This document shows, piece by piece, positions 55,260 to 64,000 of a DNA stretch of 64,000 nt. The first letter of the stretch is position 1. The number at the start of each line of letters is the position of its first letter. The notes under the pieces were generated by a model that saw only the letters and a program-made list of their open reading frames with translations, was not told where the DNA came from and made no database searches. This stretch comes from Sphingobium sp. (GTDB taxonomy: Bacteria > Pseudomonadota > Alphaproteobacteria > Sphingomonadales > Sphingomonadaceae), in contig JAGRES010000011.1 of assembly GCA_020446425.1 (NCBI GenBank), forward strand, positions 9,484 through 73,483, written 5' to 3'. Made by a program: the position numbers and the translations under genes.

Positions 55260-55649
55260 ATGGCACGGGAACCTCAACGCGTAAGAAGGCGTGAGCGTAA
55301 AAATATCTCTGCCGGCGTCGCGCATGTGAACGCCAGCTTCAACAATACCATGATCACCATCACCGACGCCCAGGGCAATGCGATCAGCTGGTCCTCCGCA
55401 GGTATGATGGGGTTCAAGGGATCGCGTAAATCGACCCCTTATGCAGCGCAGGTTTGCGCAGAAGACGCGGGCCGTAAGGCCGCCGAGCACGGCGTCCGCA
55501 CCCTCGAAGTCGAGGTCAAGGGGCCCGGCTCCGGTCGCGAATCGGCGCTTCGCGCCCTGCAGGCTGTCGGCTTCACCATCACGTCCATTCGCGACGTGAC
55601 ACCGATCCCGCACAATGGCGTGCGTCCGTCCAAACGGCGCCGCGTCTGA
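55260..55649 (+). CDS. rpsK: 30S ribosomal protein S11
   Basis: The sequence ...[31 protein letters not shown]... is typical of S11. Confidence 0.97.
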   Translation: MAREPQRVRRRERKNISAGVAHVNASFNNTMITITDAQGNAISWSSAGMMGFKGSRKSTPYAAQVCAEDAGRKAAEHGVRTLEVEVKGPGSGRESALRALQAVGFTITSIRDVTPIPHNGVRPSKRRRV

Positions 55650-55753
55650 ACCAAATCCCGTTCGAGGCGGTGGACGCATCGCCTTAGCTTTTGCACCGGC
55701 CGGGGTTCTCTTCGCAAGACAGAGCGCTCCCGCCACATTCCCAGGGGAAATAC

Positions 55754-56809
55754 ATGACTGTCAACATGAAGAACTGGCAGGAATTACGGAAGCCGAACAG
55801 CCTGGAGATCAAGGCCAGCGGCGACGGACAGCGCAAGGCGACTTTTGTCGCCGAGCCGCTGGAGCGCGGCTTTGGCCTGACGCTGGGCAACGCGCTGCGC
55901 CGCGTTCTGCTCTCCTCGCTTCAGGGCGCTGCCGTTACTTCGGTGAAGATCGAGAATGTCCTGCATGAATTCTCGTCGTTGGCCGGCGTGCGTGAGGACG
56001 TGACCGATATCGTTCTCAACGTGAAGCAGATTGCGCTTCGCATGGAAGGCGAGGGCCCCAAGCGGCTTCAGCTCTCCGCCACTGGCCCTGCCGAAGTCAA
56101 GGCAGGCGATATCGCGGTTTCCGGTGATATCGAGGTGATGAACCCGGATCTGGTGATCTGTCATCTCGATGAGGGCGCTTCGCTCAACATGGAGCTGACC
56201 GCTGATACCGGCAAGGGCTATGTCCCCGCCGTTGCCAACCGTCCGGCCGATGCGCCGATCGGCCTTATCCCGATCGACGCGCTTTATTCGCCGGTGCGTC
56301 AAGTGGCGTACAAGGTCGACAACACCCGCGTTGGACAGGATCTGGACCTCGACAAGCTGAGCCTGACCCTCGAAACCGACGGCACTGTGACGCCGGAAGA
56401 TGCAGTCGCCTATGCGGCCCGCATCCTGCAGGACCAGCTGCAGCTCTTCGTCCACTTCGACGAGGCGCTGGAAGCCCCTGCGGCAGCTGCGGCTGCAAGC
56501 GCGGCGAGCGAGAGCGAGAGCAACGCGAACGTCATCAACCGTTACCTGCTCAAGAAAGTCGACGAGCTGGAGCTTTCCGTACGTTCGGCCAACTGCCTCA
56601 AGAACGACAATATCATCTATATTGGCGATCTGGTGCAGAAGACCGAAGCCGAAATGCTGCGCACGCCGAATTTCGGCCGCAAGTCGCTGAACGAGATCAA
56701 GGAAGTGCTTTCTTCCATGGGTCTGCGCCTCGGCATGGATATTCCGGGCTGGCCGCCTGAGAATATCGAGGAGATGGCCAAGAAGCTTGAGCAAGAGCTG
56801 CTGGGTTAA
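55754..56809 (+). CDS. rpoA: DNA-directed RNA polymerase alpha subunit
   Basis: The translation reads [20 protein letters not shown]...[23 protein letters not shown]... and the C-terminal domain carries [13 protein letters not shown]. Start at ATG 55754. Confidence 0.97.
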   Translation: MTVNMKNWQELRKPNSLEIKASGDGQRKATFVAEPLERGFGLTLGNALRRVLLSSLQGAAVTSVKIENVLHEFSSLAGVREDVTDIVLNVKQIALRMEGEGPKRLQLSATGPAEVKAGDIAVSGDIEVMNPDLVICHLDEGASLNMELTADTGKGYVPAVANRPADAPIGLIPIDALYSPVRQVAYKVDNTRVGQDLDLDKLSLTLETDGTVTPEDAVAYAARILQDQLQLFVHFDEALEAPAAAAAASAASESESNANVINRYLLKKVDELELSVRSANCLKNDNIIYIGDLVQKTEAEMLRTPNFGRKSLNEIKEVLSSMGLRLGMDIPGWPPENIEEMAKKLEQELLG

Positions 56810-56820
56810 GCACAGCCTTT

Positions 56821-56905
56821 GTCATCCCCGCGAAAGCGGGGATCCATCTCCCGGCGACGCCGAGAGATATGGCAGAAGATGGACCTCCGCCTGCGCGGGG
56901 GTGAC
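56821..56905. repeat. REP/MITE-like palindromic intergenic element
   Basis: Terminal inverted arms GTCATCCCCGCG (56821-56832) and CGCGGGGGTGAC (56894-56905). Internal hairpin CCCCGC-gaaa-GCGGGG (56826-56841). Confidence 0.5.
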
Positions 56906-56987
56906 GAGAATGTTATCGGGCGGTTCACTCGTCGCCGCCAGGTCTGGGTTACCTCATACGGGCCCTTAACAAACGAAGGAATGGAAT

Positions 56988-57413
56988 ATGCGTCACAAGA
57001 TTGGACATCGTAAGCTTCAGCGCGGCACCGGGCATCGCAACGCCCTGTTGCGCAACCTGGCGGCTTCGCTCATCAAGCATGAGCAGATCACCACCGGCGT
57101 CGCGAAGGCGAAGGAACTGCGCCCCTATGTCGAAAAGCTGATCACGCTGGCGAAGCGTGGCGGCCTTTCCAACCGCCGTCTGGCGCAGGCGCGCCTTCAG
57201 GACGATACGCAGCTCGCCAAGCTGTTCGACGTTCTGGCCGAGCGTTACAAGGATCGCAATGGCGGCTACACTCGGGTCATCAAAGCCGGTTACCGCGCTT
57301 CGGACGCCGCGCCGATCGCCGTGATCGAGCTGGTCGACCGTGATGAAAGCGCCAAGGGTCAGGATAGCGGCCCGGTACAGAGCGTTGAGCTGGATGAACT
57401 CGAAGAGGCCTGA
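56988..57413 (+). CDS. rplQ: 50S ribosomal protein L17
   Basis: [25 protein letters not shown]... Confidence 0.97.
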   Translation: MRHKIGHRKLQRGTGHRNALLRNLAASLIKHEQITTGVAKAKELRPYVEKLITLAKRGGLSNRRLAQARLQDDTQLAKLFDVLAERYKDRNGGYTRVIKAGYRASDAAPIAVIELVDRDESAKGQDSGPVQSVELDELEEA

Positions 57414-57438
57414 TCCTCTTTCCACAGGATATCGAATA

Positions 57439-57468
57439 GGCCTCGCAGCGATGCGGGGCCTTTTCTTT
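57439..57468 (+). terminator. Rho-independent terminator after rplQ
   Basis: GGCCTCGCA-gcga-TGCGGGGCC followed by TTTTCTTT. Confidence 0.8.
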
Positions 57469-57561
57469 AAGCGATGAAGGCGCAGCAGCGGGCCAGCTTC
57501 TTTGCAATGGCGGCTTTGCGGTATAAGCTATGCATAAACTGATAAGCAGGAGGATTGCCGG

Positions 57562-59808
57562 GTGCTGAAGCCGCTGAAAAGCGTCGCATTGTTATTGGCC
57601 ATGGCCGGATTGGCGGGCATGCATGGCGCGCTTCTTGCGCAAAACTCCTCTGCCTCCGCGCCTTCTGTTGCGCCAGTGGATTTCAGCGAACAATTGACAT
57701 CGGGGCCGCGCATGACGCCATCTGTTTCCTACCCGCATACGCGCTCGCTCGATCTGGTCGAGGAAAAGTTCGGTGAGAAAATCGCTGATCCTTTCCGCTG
57801 GCTGGAGGATGATGTTCGCGCCGACAAGGAGGTGAGCGGCTGGGTCGCGGCGCAGAACCGGGTGACCGACGCCTATCTCGAGACAATTCCGGGCCGTGAT
57901 ATATTGAAGGACCGCATGCGCGCCATGCTGGATTATGAGCGTTACTCGGTGCCGTATAAAGCGGGCCGCCGCTATTTCTTTACGCATAATAGCGGGCTGC
58001 AAAACCAGTCGCCGCTGTTCGTGCGGGACGGGTGGGGCGGCAAGACGCGTATGCTGATCGACCCCAACGCCTTTGCGAAGGACGGCGCAACCGCGCTGGC
58101 CGAATGGTCTCCGTCGCACGATGGTAAGTTGCTGGCTTATGCGGTGCAGGACGGGGGCAGCGATTGGCGGACGCTGCATGTGCTCGATGCAGATAGCGGG
58201 CAAAAGCTGGCCGATCAGGTGAGATGGGTGAAATTTTCCCGTCTGGAATGGGATGGTGAAGGCAAGGGGTTTTTCTATTCCCGCTTCCCGGCGCCACCCG
58301 AAGGACAAGAGTTTCAGTCCACTGACGCCGACAGCATGATCTATTATCACCTTATCGGCACCAGTCAGAGTGAGGACCGGCTGGTCTACGCGACCCCCAA
58401 GAAGCCGAAATGGCGGCATACGGCGCAGGTTACGGATGATGGCGAGTGGTTGATCATCACCACATCGGAAGGGACCGACCCGCGCTATGAGCTAACCGTC
58501 ATCGATCTGTCGAGCGAGGACTGGAAGCCACGTACCCTGGTGCGCGGACTGAAGAATGACTGGCGCTATGTCGGCAGCATCGGCAGCCAGATGTGGTTCG
58601 TCACCGATCAGGATGCGCCGCGTTCGCGGCTGGTCAAACTGGACGCTGCCCGGCGCAGGGGCGCAGCAGTCGAAATTGTGCCCCAGCGCGCCGACACGCT
58701 TGCCGGGGCATCCATGGTCGGCAGCAAGATCATCCTCGCCTATATGAGCAACGCCCAGTCGGTGGCGGAGCTGGCCGATCTGGAAGGGCATCCGCTGGGG
58801 ACCATTCCCTTGCCGGGCATCGGTACGGCGGCGGGTTTCGGCGGCAAGGCGGGCGATCCCGAAACCTTCTTTCATTTCTCAGGCTTCACCACGCCGGGAA
58901 CCATCTATCGCTTCAATACCGAGACGCGGGCTATCGAGGAGTTTGCACGGCCCAGGCTGGTGTTCAACCCGGACGACTATGAGGAGGAACAGCTCTTTTA
59001 TGCGTCGAAGGACGGGACGAAAGTGCCCATGTTCATCATCCGCAAGAAGAAGCTGGCGATGACGCGCACCGCGGCGCCGACGATCCTCTATGGCTATGGC
59101 GGATTCAACATTTCGATCCTGCCGGGCTTTTCCGCGACGCGAATGGCGTGGCTGGAGCAGGGCGGGGTGATCGCCGTCGCCAATCTGCGCGGCGGCGGTG
59201 AATTCGGCAAGGAATGGCATGACGCGGGCCGCCTCGGCAACAAGCAGAATGTGTTCGACGATTTCATCGCGGCGGGCGAGTATCTGATCGACAATGGCTA
59301 TACCGGTAGGGGGCAGCTTGCAATCGAAGGACGCTCGAACGGCGGATTGCTGGTCGGCGCGGTCGTCAACCAGAGGCCGGACTTGTTCGCCGCCGCCCTG
59401 CCCGCGGTTGGCGTGATGGACATGCTGCGCTTCGACCAGTTCACGGCGGGGCGCTATTGGGTCGACGATTATGGCTATCCGGACAAGGAAGAGGACTTCC
59501 ATATCCTGCGATCCTATTCGCCCTATCACAATATTCGCGGTGGTGCGGACTATCCCGCGATCATGGTGATGACGGCGGATACCGACGACCGGGTCGTGCC
59601 GGGACACAGCTTCAAATATGCGGCCGCGTTGCAGGCGGCGGATATTGGCAGGAAACCCCATCTGATCCGTATCGAAACGCGGGCGGGGCACGGATCCGGC
59701 AAGCCTACGGACAAGCTGATCGACGAGTTTGGTGATGCCTATGCCTTTGTTGCGCACTGGACAGGGTTGAAGGTCAAAACGGCTGACCGCAAATTGTCAC
59801 GGAATTGA
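57562..59808 (+). CDS. S9A prolyl oligopeptidase (prolyl endopeptidase), secreted
   Basis: Signal peptide MLKPLKSVALLLAMAGLAGMHGALLAQ, beta-propeller region, and catalytic GRSNGGLL (GxSxGG), DDRV and GHG motifs. GTG start with AGGAGGA upstream. Confidence 0.9.
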   Translation: MLKPLKSVALLLAMAGLAGMHGALLAQNSSASAPSVAPVDFSEQLTSGPRMTPSVSYPHTRSLDLVEEKFGEKIADPFRWLEDDVRADKEVSGWVAAQNRVTDAYLETIPGRDILKDRMRAMLDYERYSVPYKAGRRYFFTHNSGLQNQSPLFVRDGWGGKTRMLIDPNAFAKDGATALAEWSPSHDGKLLAYAVQDGGSDWRTLHVLDADSGQKLADQVRWVKFSRLEWDGEGKGFFYSRFPAPPEGQEFQSTDADSMIYYHLIGTSQSEDRLVYATPKKPKWRHTAQVTDDGEWLIITTSEGTDPRYELTVIDLSSEDWKPRTLVRGLKNDWRYVGSIGSQMWFVTDQDAPRSRLVKLDAARRRGAAVEIVPQRADTLAGASMVGSKIILAYMSNAQSVAELADLEGHPLGTIPLPGIGTAAGFGGKAGDPETFFHFSGFTTPGTIYRFNTETRAIEEFARPRLVFNPDDYEEEQLFYASKDGTKVPMFIIRKKKLAMTRTAAPTILYGYGGFNISILPGFSATRMAWLEQGGVIAVANLRGGGEFGKEWHDAGRLGNKQNVFDDFIAAGEYLIDNGYTGRGQLAIEGRSNGGLLVGAVVNQRPDLFAAALPAVGVMDMLRFDQFTAGRYWVDDYGYPDKEEDFHILRSYSPYHNIRGGADYPAIMVMTADTDDRVVPGHSFKYAAALQAADIGRKPHLIRIETRAGHGSGKPTDKLIDEFGDAYAFVAHWTGLKVKTADRKLSRN

Positions 59809-59922
59809 AACAATTTTACATCTTGGCAGTGTTTCATTCACTCCCATTCAGCTAATCGACAGCTCACATCTTCTAGACCGGTAAGGATCGCTACTGAGCG
59901 GGATTACCGGAAAGGATTTCGA

Positions 59923-60537
59923 ATGAGCGGCAAACGCAGTTCGAGGACAAGATGGGCTGTGGGGGCCATCACGGCCGGGGCGATGTTTGTGGGTAGCGTC
60001 GCTCCGGCTATGGCGCGCCACAAGGATTATGGCGGCGGCTATTATGGCAGTCGCTATGGCTATAGCTATCCCTACCGATATGACCGGTATCGCGATTATC
60101 GCTACCGCCATCATCGCCATCGCGGCGGACTGGATGCCGGCGACGTGATCGGTATCGCGCTGTTGGTAGGCGCAGTTGCCGTAGTCGCGAGCTCCGTAAA
60201 CAAGGACAAGAAATCGCGGGATCGTGATCGCGATTGGCGCGACAAGGACCGGCCCTATGACGACCGTGACGATAATCGCGACACCGCGAGCGAGAATGAA
60301 GCGGTTGATGTATGCGTTTCCGCCGCGCGCAACGAAGCGGAGTCGCAGAGCGGTGGCTATGCCGAGATTATCGACGTTGAATCCCCGCGCCGCAGTAGTG
60401 AAGGCGGCTGGGACGTCGAAGGCAGGCTCGAGCAGCGGTCGAGCTATCGCGACAATGAACTGGTGACGAAAAGTTTCTCCTGCTCTTATGAGCGGGGCCG
60501 GGTGGCGCATGTCTATGTTTCGCGCAATTTGACCTGA
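59923..60537 (+). CDS. hypothetical secreted/membrane protein with Tyr/Arg-rich and Arg/Asp-rich low-complexity regions
   Basis: Signal-like N-terminus, [33 protein letters not shown], one TM helix ([18 protein letters not shown]), [24 protein letters not shown], then a globular C-terminus. Confidence 0.6.
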   Translation: MSGKRSSRTRWAVGAITAGAMFVGSVAPAMARHKDYGGGYYGSRYGYSYPYRYDRYRDYRYRHHRHRGGLDAGDVIGIALLVGAVAVVASSVNKDKKSRDRDRDWRDKDRPYDDRDDNRDTASENEAVDVCVSAARNEAESQSGGYAEIIDVESPRRSSEGGWDVEGRLEQRSSYRDNELVTKSFSCSYERGRVAHVYVSRNLT

Positions 60538-60574
60538 GCATCGCCGCGGAAAATCCGCGCATGACTGGACAGGC

Positions 60575-60617
60575 GGGGATGAGGAGCCTAACCGGCTTTC
60601 TCATCCCCTTCTTCATT
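60575..60617 (+). terminator. hairpin/terminator upstream of guaA
   Basis: GGGGATGAG-16 nt-CTCATCCCC followed by TTCTTCATT. Confidence 0.5.
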
Positions 60618-60634
60618 CCGGAAAGCCGATTCTC

Positions 60635-62209
60635 ATGTCCGCCACGCCCAGCCATCAGTCGATCCTCATTGTCGATTTTGGCAGCCAGGTGACGCAACTT
60701 ATCGCGCGGCGGGTACGCGAGGCGGGGGTCTATTCGGAAATCGCCCCCTTCACCCAGGCCGAGGCAGCATTCAACCGGATGAAGCCGGCTGGCATCATTC
60801 TCTCCGGCTCGCCCGCAGGCGTGCCCGAGGAAGGCAGCCCGCGCGCGCCGCAAATGCTGTTCGAGGCGGGCGTACCGATCCTTGGCATCTGTTATGGCCA
60901 GCAGGTGATGACGCACCAGCTTGGCGGCGAGGTACGCCCCGGCCACGAGACCGGCGATGGCGGAGAGTTCGGCCGGGCCTTCCTGACGGTGACCGAGAAG
61001 TGCGCGCTGTTCGATGGGCTGTGGCAGGTCGGTGAGCGTCATCAGGTGTGGATGAGCCATGGCGACAAGGTGACCCGCTTTGCCGAGGGGTTCGATATCG
61101 TTGCGGTCAGCGATGGCGCGCCTTTTGCGGTGATCGCCGACGAAAAGCGCAAATTTTACGGCACGCAGTTCCATCCGGAAGTTGTGCACACGCCTGACGG
61201 TGCGAGGCTGATCGCCAATTTCGTGCGCCATGTCTGCGGCTGTCCGGGCGACTGGTCGATGGCGGAGTTCCGTGCGACCAAGATCGCCGAGATCCGCGAG
61301 CAGGTTGGCGAGGGCCGGGTGATCTGTGGCCTGTCCGGCGGCGTCGACAGCGCTGTCGCCGCCGTGCTGATCCACGAGGCAATCGGGGATCAGCTCACCT
61401 GCGTATTCGTCGATCATGGCCTGATGCGCATGAACGAGGCCGAGCAGGTGGTGACGCTGTTCCGCCAGCATTATGGTATCAACCTTGTGCATGTGGATGC
61501 CGAGGAGATGTTCCTGACCGGCCTTGCGGGCGTCACCGACCCGGAGGCCAAGCGCAAGTTTATCGGCAAGGCGTTTATCGACCTGTTTGAGACCGAGGCG
61601 AAAAAGGTCGGCGGCGCCGACTTCCTGGCGCAGGGCACGCTTTACCCGGACGTGATCGAGAGCGTTTCCTTCACCGGCGGGCCGAGCGTCACGATCAAGT
61701 CGCACCATAATGTCGGCGGCCTGCCCGAACGTATGAACATGCAGCTCGTCGAGCCGCTGCGCGAGCTTTTCAAGGACGAGGTGCGTGAGCTGGGCCGCGA
61801 GCTGGGCCTGCCAGAGATATTCGTCGGGCGACATCCGTTCCCCGGTCCCGGCCTCGCCATCCGCATTCCCGGCGAAGTGACCAAGGAGCGTTGCGACATT
61901 CTGCGCAAGGCCGACGCGATCTATCTCGACGAAATCCGCAATGCGGGCCTGTATGACGCGATCTGGCAGGCATTTGCGGTGCTGCTTCCCGTTCGTACGG
62001 TGGGCGTGATGGGCGACGGGCGCACCTATGACAGTGTGTGCGCGCTGCGCGCCGTCACCAGCACCGACGGCATGACAGCGGACATCTATCCATTTGACGC
62101 AGCCTTCCTCTCCCGCACCGCCACGCGCATCATCAACGAAGTGAAGGGCATCAACCGCGTGGTGTACGACTATACGTCGAAACCGCCGGGCACCATCGAG
62201 TGGGAGTAA
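60635..62209 (+). CDS. guaA: glutamine-hydrolysing GMP synthase
   Basis: GATase domain [12 protein letters not shown]-PPase SGGVDS, and C-terminal ...PPGTIEWE. Confidence 0.97.
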   Translation: MSATPSHQSILIVDFGSQVTQLIARRVREAGVYSEIAPFTQAEAAFNRMKPAGIILSGSPAGVPEEGSPRAPQMLFEAGVPILGICYGQQVMTHQLGGEVRPGHETGDGGEFGRAFLTVTEKCALFDGLWQVGERHQVWMSHGDKVTRFAEGFDIVAVSDGAPFAVIADEKRKFYGTQFHPEVVHTPDGARLIANFVRHVCGCPGDWSMAEFRATKIAEIREQVGEGRVICGLSGGVDSAVAAVLIHEAIGDQLTCVFVDHGLMRMNEAEQVVTLFRQHYGINLVHVDAEEMFLTGLAGVTDPEAKRKFIGKAFIDLFETEAKKVGGADFLAQGTLYPDVIESVSFTGGPSVTIKSHHNVGGLPERMNMQLVEPLRELFKDEVRELGRELGLPEIFVGRHPFPGPGLAIRIPGEVTKERCDILRKADAIYLDEIRNAGLYDAIWQAFAVLLPVRTVGVMGDGRTYDSVCALRAVTSTDGMTADIYPFDAAFLSRTATRIINEVKGINRVVYDYTSKPPGTIEWE

Positions 62210-62248
62210 AGCCGATGAGAAAATGTCCGGGGGACATTTTCCGGCTTT
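62208..62248 (+). terminator. compound hairpin after guaA
   Basis: AAAGCCG/CGGCTTT encloses GAAAATGTCC-ggg-GGACATTTTC. A second hairpin CGGCCCC-acaa-GGGGCCG lies at 62252-62269. Confidence 0.55.
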
Positions 62249-62311
62249 ACTCGGCCCCACAAGGGGCCGCAGCCATAGAGTCACGGTCTCTCATGGCTTG
62301 AACGGCGTCCA

Positions 62312-63022
62312 ATGCAACTCCCCCTCGGCCCCGATCCGCGCACAGAACAGCTTCAGCGCATACAGAATAACCTGATCCAGCATTTCGGACGCCTTATCCG
62401 TCCGCCGGAAAAGCGGCGCGATCCGGTATGGGTGCTGGTGCAGGGCGTTATTGGTGCACGCACCAAAACCGCTATATCCAACGAGAATACCGATCGGTTG
62501 CTCGCCACATATGGTTCTTGGGAAGCGGTGGCCGATGTTCCAGCGGACGCGCTGGCTGCCGACCTTGCCACTGCCACCTTTCCGCAGGTCGCAGGGGAAC
62601 GGTTGAAGGCATGCCTGACCGCGATAAAGGCCCAGCGCGGCAAGGTTGACCTCTCGCATCTGGAGCAGATGGAGACAGAAGCAGCGATGCGCTGGCTGGA
62701 GACGCTGCCCGGCGTCGCTCGCAAAGTCAGTGCGGGTGTGGTCAACACCAGTACGCTGGATCGCAAGGCACTGGTGATCGACAGCAATCACCGCCGCGTG
62801 ATCCAGCGTGTCGGGCTGGTGCCCGCCAAGGCCGATACGGCGCGCGCCTATGAGGCGCTGGAGCCCGTGCTGCCTCCTGAGTGGGCGGCCGCCGATATCG
62901 ACGAGCATCATCTGCTGGTGAAGCGTGTCGGCCAGACCTGGTGCCGGCCATCGCGAACCGATTGTGCACATTGCCCGTTACAAAGCATGTGCCGGACAGC
63001 GCAAAGGCAATTGCCGAATTAG
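62312..63022 (+). CDS. endonuclease III-like HhH-GPD family protein with 4Fe-4S loop
   Basis: HhH region LETLPGVARKVSAGV and cluster motif CRPSRTDCAHCPLQSMC (C-x6-C-x2-C-x5-C). Confidence 0.75.
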   Translation: MQLPLGPDPRTEQLQRIQNNLIQHFGRLIRPPEKRRDPVWVLVQGVIGARTKTAISNENTDRLLATYGSWEAVADVPADALAADLATATFPQVAGERLKACLTAIKAQRGKVDLSHLEQMETEAAMRWLETLPGVARKVSAGVVNTSTLDRKALVIDSNHRRVIQRVGLVPAKADTARAYEALEPVLPPEWAAADIDEHHLLVKRVGQTWCRPSRTDCAHCPLQSMCRTAQRQLPN

Positions 63023-63522
63023 CCGGTCGTTACGAAGCAGCCCTTTTCGCGATCCTTCACGACCCTGTCGCCGCCAAACACGGTGCCGTTCATCGTGATA
63101 TAGACGCCGGGAGGCGCGCTCTGAACGCAGGCGAAAGCCATGCCGAGATTGAACATGGCGTCGCTCTCGGCAAAACGGGCGGGGGCGAGGGCACCCGCCA
63201 ATGCGACGGTCTTGTCTCCTACCATCGGCATCAACGCCTTGGCCGTTTCCGTCATCGTGTCGGTGCCATGGGTGATGACGACGCGCTTGTGCGGGCTGTC
63301 CTGCACCTTTTGCACAATCAGGGCGCGGTCGGCATCGCTGAGCTCCAGGCTGTCCTTGCGCATCAGTTCGCATATTTCATAGTCCTGGACGACGCGCGCC
63401 ACGGAGAGCAGGCGCGCGATCATTGATTCCCCCACCTGATATTCGCTGAGCGCATCGAAATATTGCTTGTCGATGGTGCCGCCTGTGGTGAGGATCAATA
63501 TGGGTTCATGCGCGTCGTTCAT
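63019..63522 (-). CDS. asparaginase-domain protein (short, N-terminal-domain type)
   Basis: ILILTTGGTIDK (TGGTI nucleophile motif) and VITHGTDTM. Confidence 0.75.
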   Translation of the reverse strand: MNDAHEPILILTTGGTIDKQYFDALSEYQVGESMIARLLSVARVVQDYEICELMRKDSLELSDADRALIVQKVQDSPHKRVVITHGTDTMTETAKALMPMVGDKTVALAGALAPARFAESDAMFNLGMAFACVQSAPPGVYITMNGTVFGGDRVVKDREKGCFVTTG

Positions 63523-63561
63523 AGCCGCCGCCTATCACAGGCCGCGACCTCTGTCATGCGG

Positions 63562-64000
63562 CTATACAGGCGCGCTGAACCGGCCTATCTGGTTATTGAG
63601 GCGAGGGTCGAATATCGCGGCGATGGTGCGTGTATAGGGCGCGGCCTGCGGCTTGAGCGTCAGCATGCCCGAACTGGTCGATATCAGCCCACGCCGTGCG
63701 AACGCCTCCAGATGCTCGTGCTGCACAGGCGAGAGGTCTGCTGGCAGCAGCGTCTTTCCATGGCAGAGTATGTCATTGATACGCTTGCCGTTGGCGCGAC
63801 TGATAGCATCGCGAAGCACGCCGCGCTCTACCGGCAGCCGATGATGCGCAATTGCTGCCCGATAAGCGCCGCTGTTCTTGGTGTTCTGCACATACAGGCC
63901 GGGAAAGGCACTGATAGCCGACGCGCCCAGCCCGATGAGATATTCCGCGCTATCGTCCGTAAAGCCCTGAAAATTGCGATGCAACCGCCCTTGCTTGGCG
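63562..64000 (-). CDS. hemN: oxygen-independent coproporphyrinogen III oxidase (HemN) C-terminal part; gene continues past right edge
   Basis: HRNFQGFTDDSAEYLIGLGASAISAFPGLYVQN...RGLI... is the HemN C-terminal domain. The reading frame is still open at 64000. Confidence 0.8.
   Translation of the reverse strand, partial: AKQGRLHRNFQGFTDDSAEYLIGLGASAISAFPGLYVQNTKNSGAYRAAIAHHRLPVERGVLRDAISRANGKRINDILCHGKTLLPADLSPVQHEHLEAFARRGLISTSSGMLTLKPQAAPYTRTIAAIFDPRLNNQIGRFSAPV

Noticed and set aside
62291-62971. A 226-aa minus-strand ORF overlapping the EndoIII-like gene.
   Set aside because: The plus-strand frame carries a HhH motif and an exact C-x6-C-x2-C-x5-C cluster loop. The minus frame has no recognisable features.
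1-64000. CRISPR arrays, rRNA genes, transposase/IS elements and reverse transcriptases.
   Set aside because: None were seen on either strand. The only mobile-element enzymes are the two recombinases inside the comM island.

Overview
This is a high-GC alphaproteobacterial chromosome segment; the gene content looks sphingomonad-like, which is my inference. Left third: an M20 amidohydrolase fragment, tRNA-Glu(CUC), cioAB/cydAB plus a small DUF2474-like ORF, zntB, a glycine-zipper lipoprotein and a ParE-type toxin-antitoxin pair. These are followed by a roughly 0.9-kb AT-rich islet, class I ribonucleotide reductase nrdAB, class I fumarase, a ClC channel, an MBL hydrolase and an HxlR-linked cluster of small detoxification-type proteins. 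Centre: comM/yifB is cleanly split at its Walker A codons by an 8.2-kb low-GC island (about 19263-27442). The island carries a large serine recombinase next to attR, and a palindromic attP can be rebuilt from the two junctions. Its cargo has no recognisable function: an XRE-controlled operon of three overlapping small membrane proteins, an operon led by a membrane-anchored LuxR-type protein, a minimal tyrosine recombinase, a protein with HUH-Rep-like motifs beside a long hairpin, and an AT-rich orphan. This island is the best candidate for an undescribed system. Right half: DUF805, an overlapping M23 peptidase/bactofilin pair preceded by a dense GANTC cluster, an MCP, and the str-S10-spc-alpha ribosomal cluster (rpsL to rplQ). 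That cluster is interrupted between adk and rpsM by about 5 kb that includes the betaine-lipid genes btaAB, and it contains terminator-like hairpins inside the operons. After it come prolyl oligopeptidase, guaA, an EndoIII-like gene, an asparaginase-like gene and a hemN fragment. I saw no rRNA genes or CRISPR arrays. All calls come from reading the sequence and the ORF track; no database search was run.
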